Shown one piece after another: positions 61,489-64,000 of a DNA stretch of 64,000 bases. This stretch comes from Candidatus Falkowbacteria bacterium (GTDB taxonomy: Bacteria; Patescibacteriota; Patescibacteriia; UBA11705; JABHMO01): assembly GCA_018674305.1 (NCBI GenBank), contig JABHAL010000008.1, positions 954-64,953 on the forward strand. Reading direction: 5' to 3'. Under the pieces are notes generated by a model. It did no database searches, was not told the DNA's origin, and was given only the letters and a program-made list of their open reading frames with translations. Positions within the stretch are counted from its first letter, which is position 1, and each line of letters begins with the position of its first letter. The position numbers were made by a program, and so were the translations under genes.

Positions 61489-64000
61489 ATGTTTTGCACA
61501 AATAAAAACAAAAAAACTAAAATTCTCAGTTTAGTAATAATTTTGGTATTACTGGGGATCGGTTTATTTTTCATTAATCAAGTTTATGCCCAGGCTGACT
61601 TGGGAGTAGATACAGTTGGAGAACAAACAGGTTTGGGCAAGACCGATTTAAAAGCTTTGATTGGTAAGATTATCCAGATATTTCTAGGTTTCTTGGGAGC
61701 TATTGCCTTGTGTATATTTTTATACGCTGGCTTTTTGTATATGACGGCTGGAGGTAGTGATGAGAAGGTTGGCAAAGCCAAAAAGTGGATGATTAACGCA
61801 GCTATCGGTTTGGCCATTATTTTTTCAGCCTATGCTATCACGACATTTGTAATTAACAAATTATCTGATGCTACTGGATATCAGGATGGTACCTATGTTG
61901 GCGATGACTATGGTGGTCTTAATCCGAATGTTGGGCCTGTTTCTTTTATCGTCAAGTCAGTTTCACCACAGGGTGATGGAATGCCAATTAATTCGTCAGT
62001 AAAGATTGCTTTTTCTAAGGCTGTTGATGAGGCTACTATTAATCCTAATAACATTAAAGTTACTAAAGCTGGACAAAAAGAAATAGTTGTAACTCAAGTT
62101 GAGCCAACCAGCGTTGTAGAAAGTAATGGCAATCAAGAGCTTATATTGGCAGAAATTTCAGTTGATGATGAAGTATGGAATTCAGGTTGGGTAGCTTGCA
62201 CGGATGTAAATGAGGAAAAACAAATTGTTGGTAATACGCCAATGGATTTAGCTTTTGATGTAAGTGAAGTTAATCACGAGCAAGCATTAACTGTTAAAAT
62301 GGCCATAGAGGTAGAGGTAACTGGTGATGACGCAATTTATGATGTTACTTGTGGAAAAGATATCGGGAGTATTGAAGATAATATTATTATCAAAAATGGG
62401 CAGGCATCCAACGGAGAATCGACATTTGACATTCCAGCTGCTTGTTATGAAAATAGTGACGAGGTTTATGTGCGGTTAACTCGAGTTGGTCAAGGTTGTG
62501 CAAAATTTGATTATATTTTTATAGAACTTGAAAATGAAGAATATGTTGAAGGAAACGAGGAGGTGATTCCTGGAACCTTTGAAGTAGTTGGATCGGAAGG
62601 TAAAAAAGTAGTATTCACTCCAACTGCTGATTGTCAGGAGGAGGTTTGCGCAGGCCAGAAATGTTTTGATAAAAATACGCAGTTTAAAGTTTCAATAACT
62701 CCTGGTGAAATAAAATCTATAACCGGCGCTTATGGTTTGTCTTGTTCTTTTGGAAGTAAATGTTTAACAGAATTTTCAACCAGTGAAATGTGTGATGTTG
62801 ATGCACCAGTAGTTTCTTTTCAGAATATAAGTAACGGTGCCAAACTCAGTCAGGATGCGGAAATTGATGTATTGGTAGAATCAACTGATGATGGCGGAGT
62901 AGCTTATATACAGTTATATGAAGATGATGAGTTTTATTATGAACAGACTCCACAAGATGGAACAACTCCCAAATTTTTTGAAACTGTATTTACGTGGGAA
63001 ACTTATGATTTGGAGTTAAAAAAATATTCATTAAAAGCTGAATCAGGTGATGTTAATGATCATATAGGTGAAAAAACAATCCAGATTAGCTTATTACCAG
63101 AATATTGTTTTGATGCTGATGGTGTGCCAATATGTAATGCTACTGGCGATTTCCCAGAGTGTTTAGCTTGCGATGGTGAAGCTTGTAATAATGATGATGA
63201 TTGTGCAGGAAAATGTATTAAAACTTGTCAGGATCAGCAAGCTGACAGTTGTGAAATTGACACGGACTGTCCAGACGGTATTTTGTGTCAAGGTTTTTGC
63301 GCGACAGTCCCGATTATTTCAGATATTAATCCAGAGGCTGGTGGCCCAGGTAATTTAGTTTCTATTGCTGGTAGTGGCTTTTTGAAATATAGTTCTGGAG
63401 ATGCAACTGGGCAGGTTCTATTTACAGACTCAGATGGAGAGTATATTCCTGCTGCGCTTGGTTGTGATGTCGGTTCGGCATGGCAATCAACCCAAGTGAT
63501 TGTAAAAGTTCCAGAGTCAGCAGTTAGTGGTCCAATTAAAATTGTTAATTTTTTAGGTGAGTTTGATACAACTGATGATGAAGATGGTTGGGAAGGTGAT
63601 TTTACAGTTGACGTAAATATTAATTATCCTGGTTTATGTTCAGTTCAGTTGGAGGCGTGTAATCCGTCTTGTGATAATGGTGTTTGTATAACTTGTAACA
63701 AGGGCCCAGTTAATAGTTCAGTAAAAGCCATTGGAGATAATTTTGGTGATGACAAGGATGATAATGATGTAATTAGTTTTGGTACTTATCCTGCTTCTTT
63801 TGGCCCAGGATTTTCTTGGGACGCAACTGAAATTGAGGCGATCCAAGTACCTATCATGGAAAAGGGATTGTACAATGTTTACGTGAACAAAGGCATTCTA
63901 TGTACAAGTTTAGAAACTGGAGAAGTGTGTCCCGAGCCAAGTAAGGATTGTCATTGTAAAGAGGTTATTAGTAATCCAGCAAAATTCAAAATTGTGCCAT
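61489..64000 (+). CDS. large pilin-fused surface protein with Ig/IPT-TIG and Cys-rich domains (partial, runs off the right edge; absent from the ORF track)
   Basis: Frame 1: MFCTNK...FLGFLGAIALCIFLYAGFLYMTAGGSDEKVGKAKKWMINAAIGL; later INPEAGGPGNLVSIAGSGF...WQSTQVIVKVP IPT/TIG pattern. Confidence 0.85.
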   Translation, partial: MFCTNKNKKTKILSLVIILVLLGIGLFFINQVYAQADLGVDTVGEQTGLGKTDLKALIGKIIQIFLGFLGAIALCIFLYAGFLYMTAGGSDEKVGKAKKWMINAAIGLAIIFSAYAITTFVINKLSDATGYQDGTYVGDDYGGLNPNVGPVSFIVKSVSPQGDGMPINSSVKIAFSKAVDEATINPNNIKVTKAGQKEIVVTQVEPTSVVESNGNQELILAEISVDDEVWNSGWVACTDVNEEKQIVGNTPMDLAFDVSEVNHEQALTVKMAIEVEVTGDDAIYDVTCGKDIGSIEDNIIIKNGQASNGESTFDIPAACYENSDEVYVRLTRVGQGCAKFDYIFIELENEEYVEGNEEVIPGTFEVVGSEGKKVVFTPTADCQEEVCAGQKCFDKNTQFKVSITPGEIKSITGAYGLSCSFGSKCLTEFSTSEMCDVDAPVVSFQNISNGAKLSQDAEIDVLVESTDDGGVAYIQLYEDDEFYYEQTPQDGTTPKFFETVFTWETYDLELKKYSLKAESGDVNDHIGEKTIQISLLPEYCFDADGVPICNATGDFPECLACDGEACNNDDDCAGKCIKTCQDQQADSCEIDTDCPDGILCQGFCATVPIISDINPEAGGPGNLVSIAGSGFLKYSSGDATGQVLFTDSDGEYIPAALGCDVGSAWQSTQVIVKVPESAVSGPIKIVNFLGEFDTTDDEDGWEGDFTVDVNINYPGLCSVQLEACNPSCDNGVCITCNKGPVNSSVKAIGDNFGDDKDDNDVISFGTYPASFGPGFSWDATEIEAIQVPIMEKGLYNVYVNKGILCTSLETGEVCPEPSKDCHCKEVISNPAKFKIVP

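Noticed and set aside
206..63358. Numerous 60-190 aa ORFs overlapping larger genes (e.g. 24709-25110, 25874-26323, 34790-35236, 49339-49923)
   Set aside because: They are shadow ORFs of well-supported genes, with no motifs or expression signals of their own.

Overview
AT-rich chromosomal window whose gene content points to a Patescibacteria/CPR organism, probably Parcubacteria. This is inferred from the pilin-fused Cys-rich surface proteins, the TrmB-type regulator, the GKILLQVE-repeat protein and the SD-less housekeeping genes. The housekeeping backbone is porB, uvrA, rplS, gmk, an RluA-family gene, asnS, aspS, scpA/scpB, parA/parB, two RelA/SpoT homologues, topA, folC, dprA, pth, der, lepB, a hisS-like gene and rpsU, plus three tRNAs. 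Self-contained ORFan cassettes with their own promoter, SD and terminator are interspersed. The most unusual signals are non-coding. (1) A small GIY-YIG nuclease plus an intact tRNA-Met sit between 51-bp direct repeats belonging to a split tRNA-Met copy that has hairpins inserted in its D-, variable- and T-loops. (2) Two tandem, separately promoted small RNAs next to relA are mutually complementary and are followed by a 66-bp perfect palindrome. (3) Several families of inverted short-tandem-repeat elements occur; one encloses a four-helix-bundle gene. (4) The same repeat families are also inserted in-frame into FolC, RplS and PorB. (5) A roughly 140-nt promoter-driven structured RNA of unknown class. 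No CRISPR array, rRNA, integrase or transposase was seen. All calls are by eye; no searches or folding programs were run.
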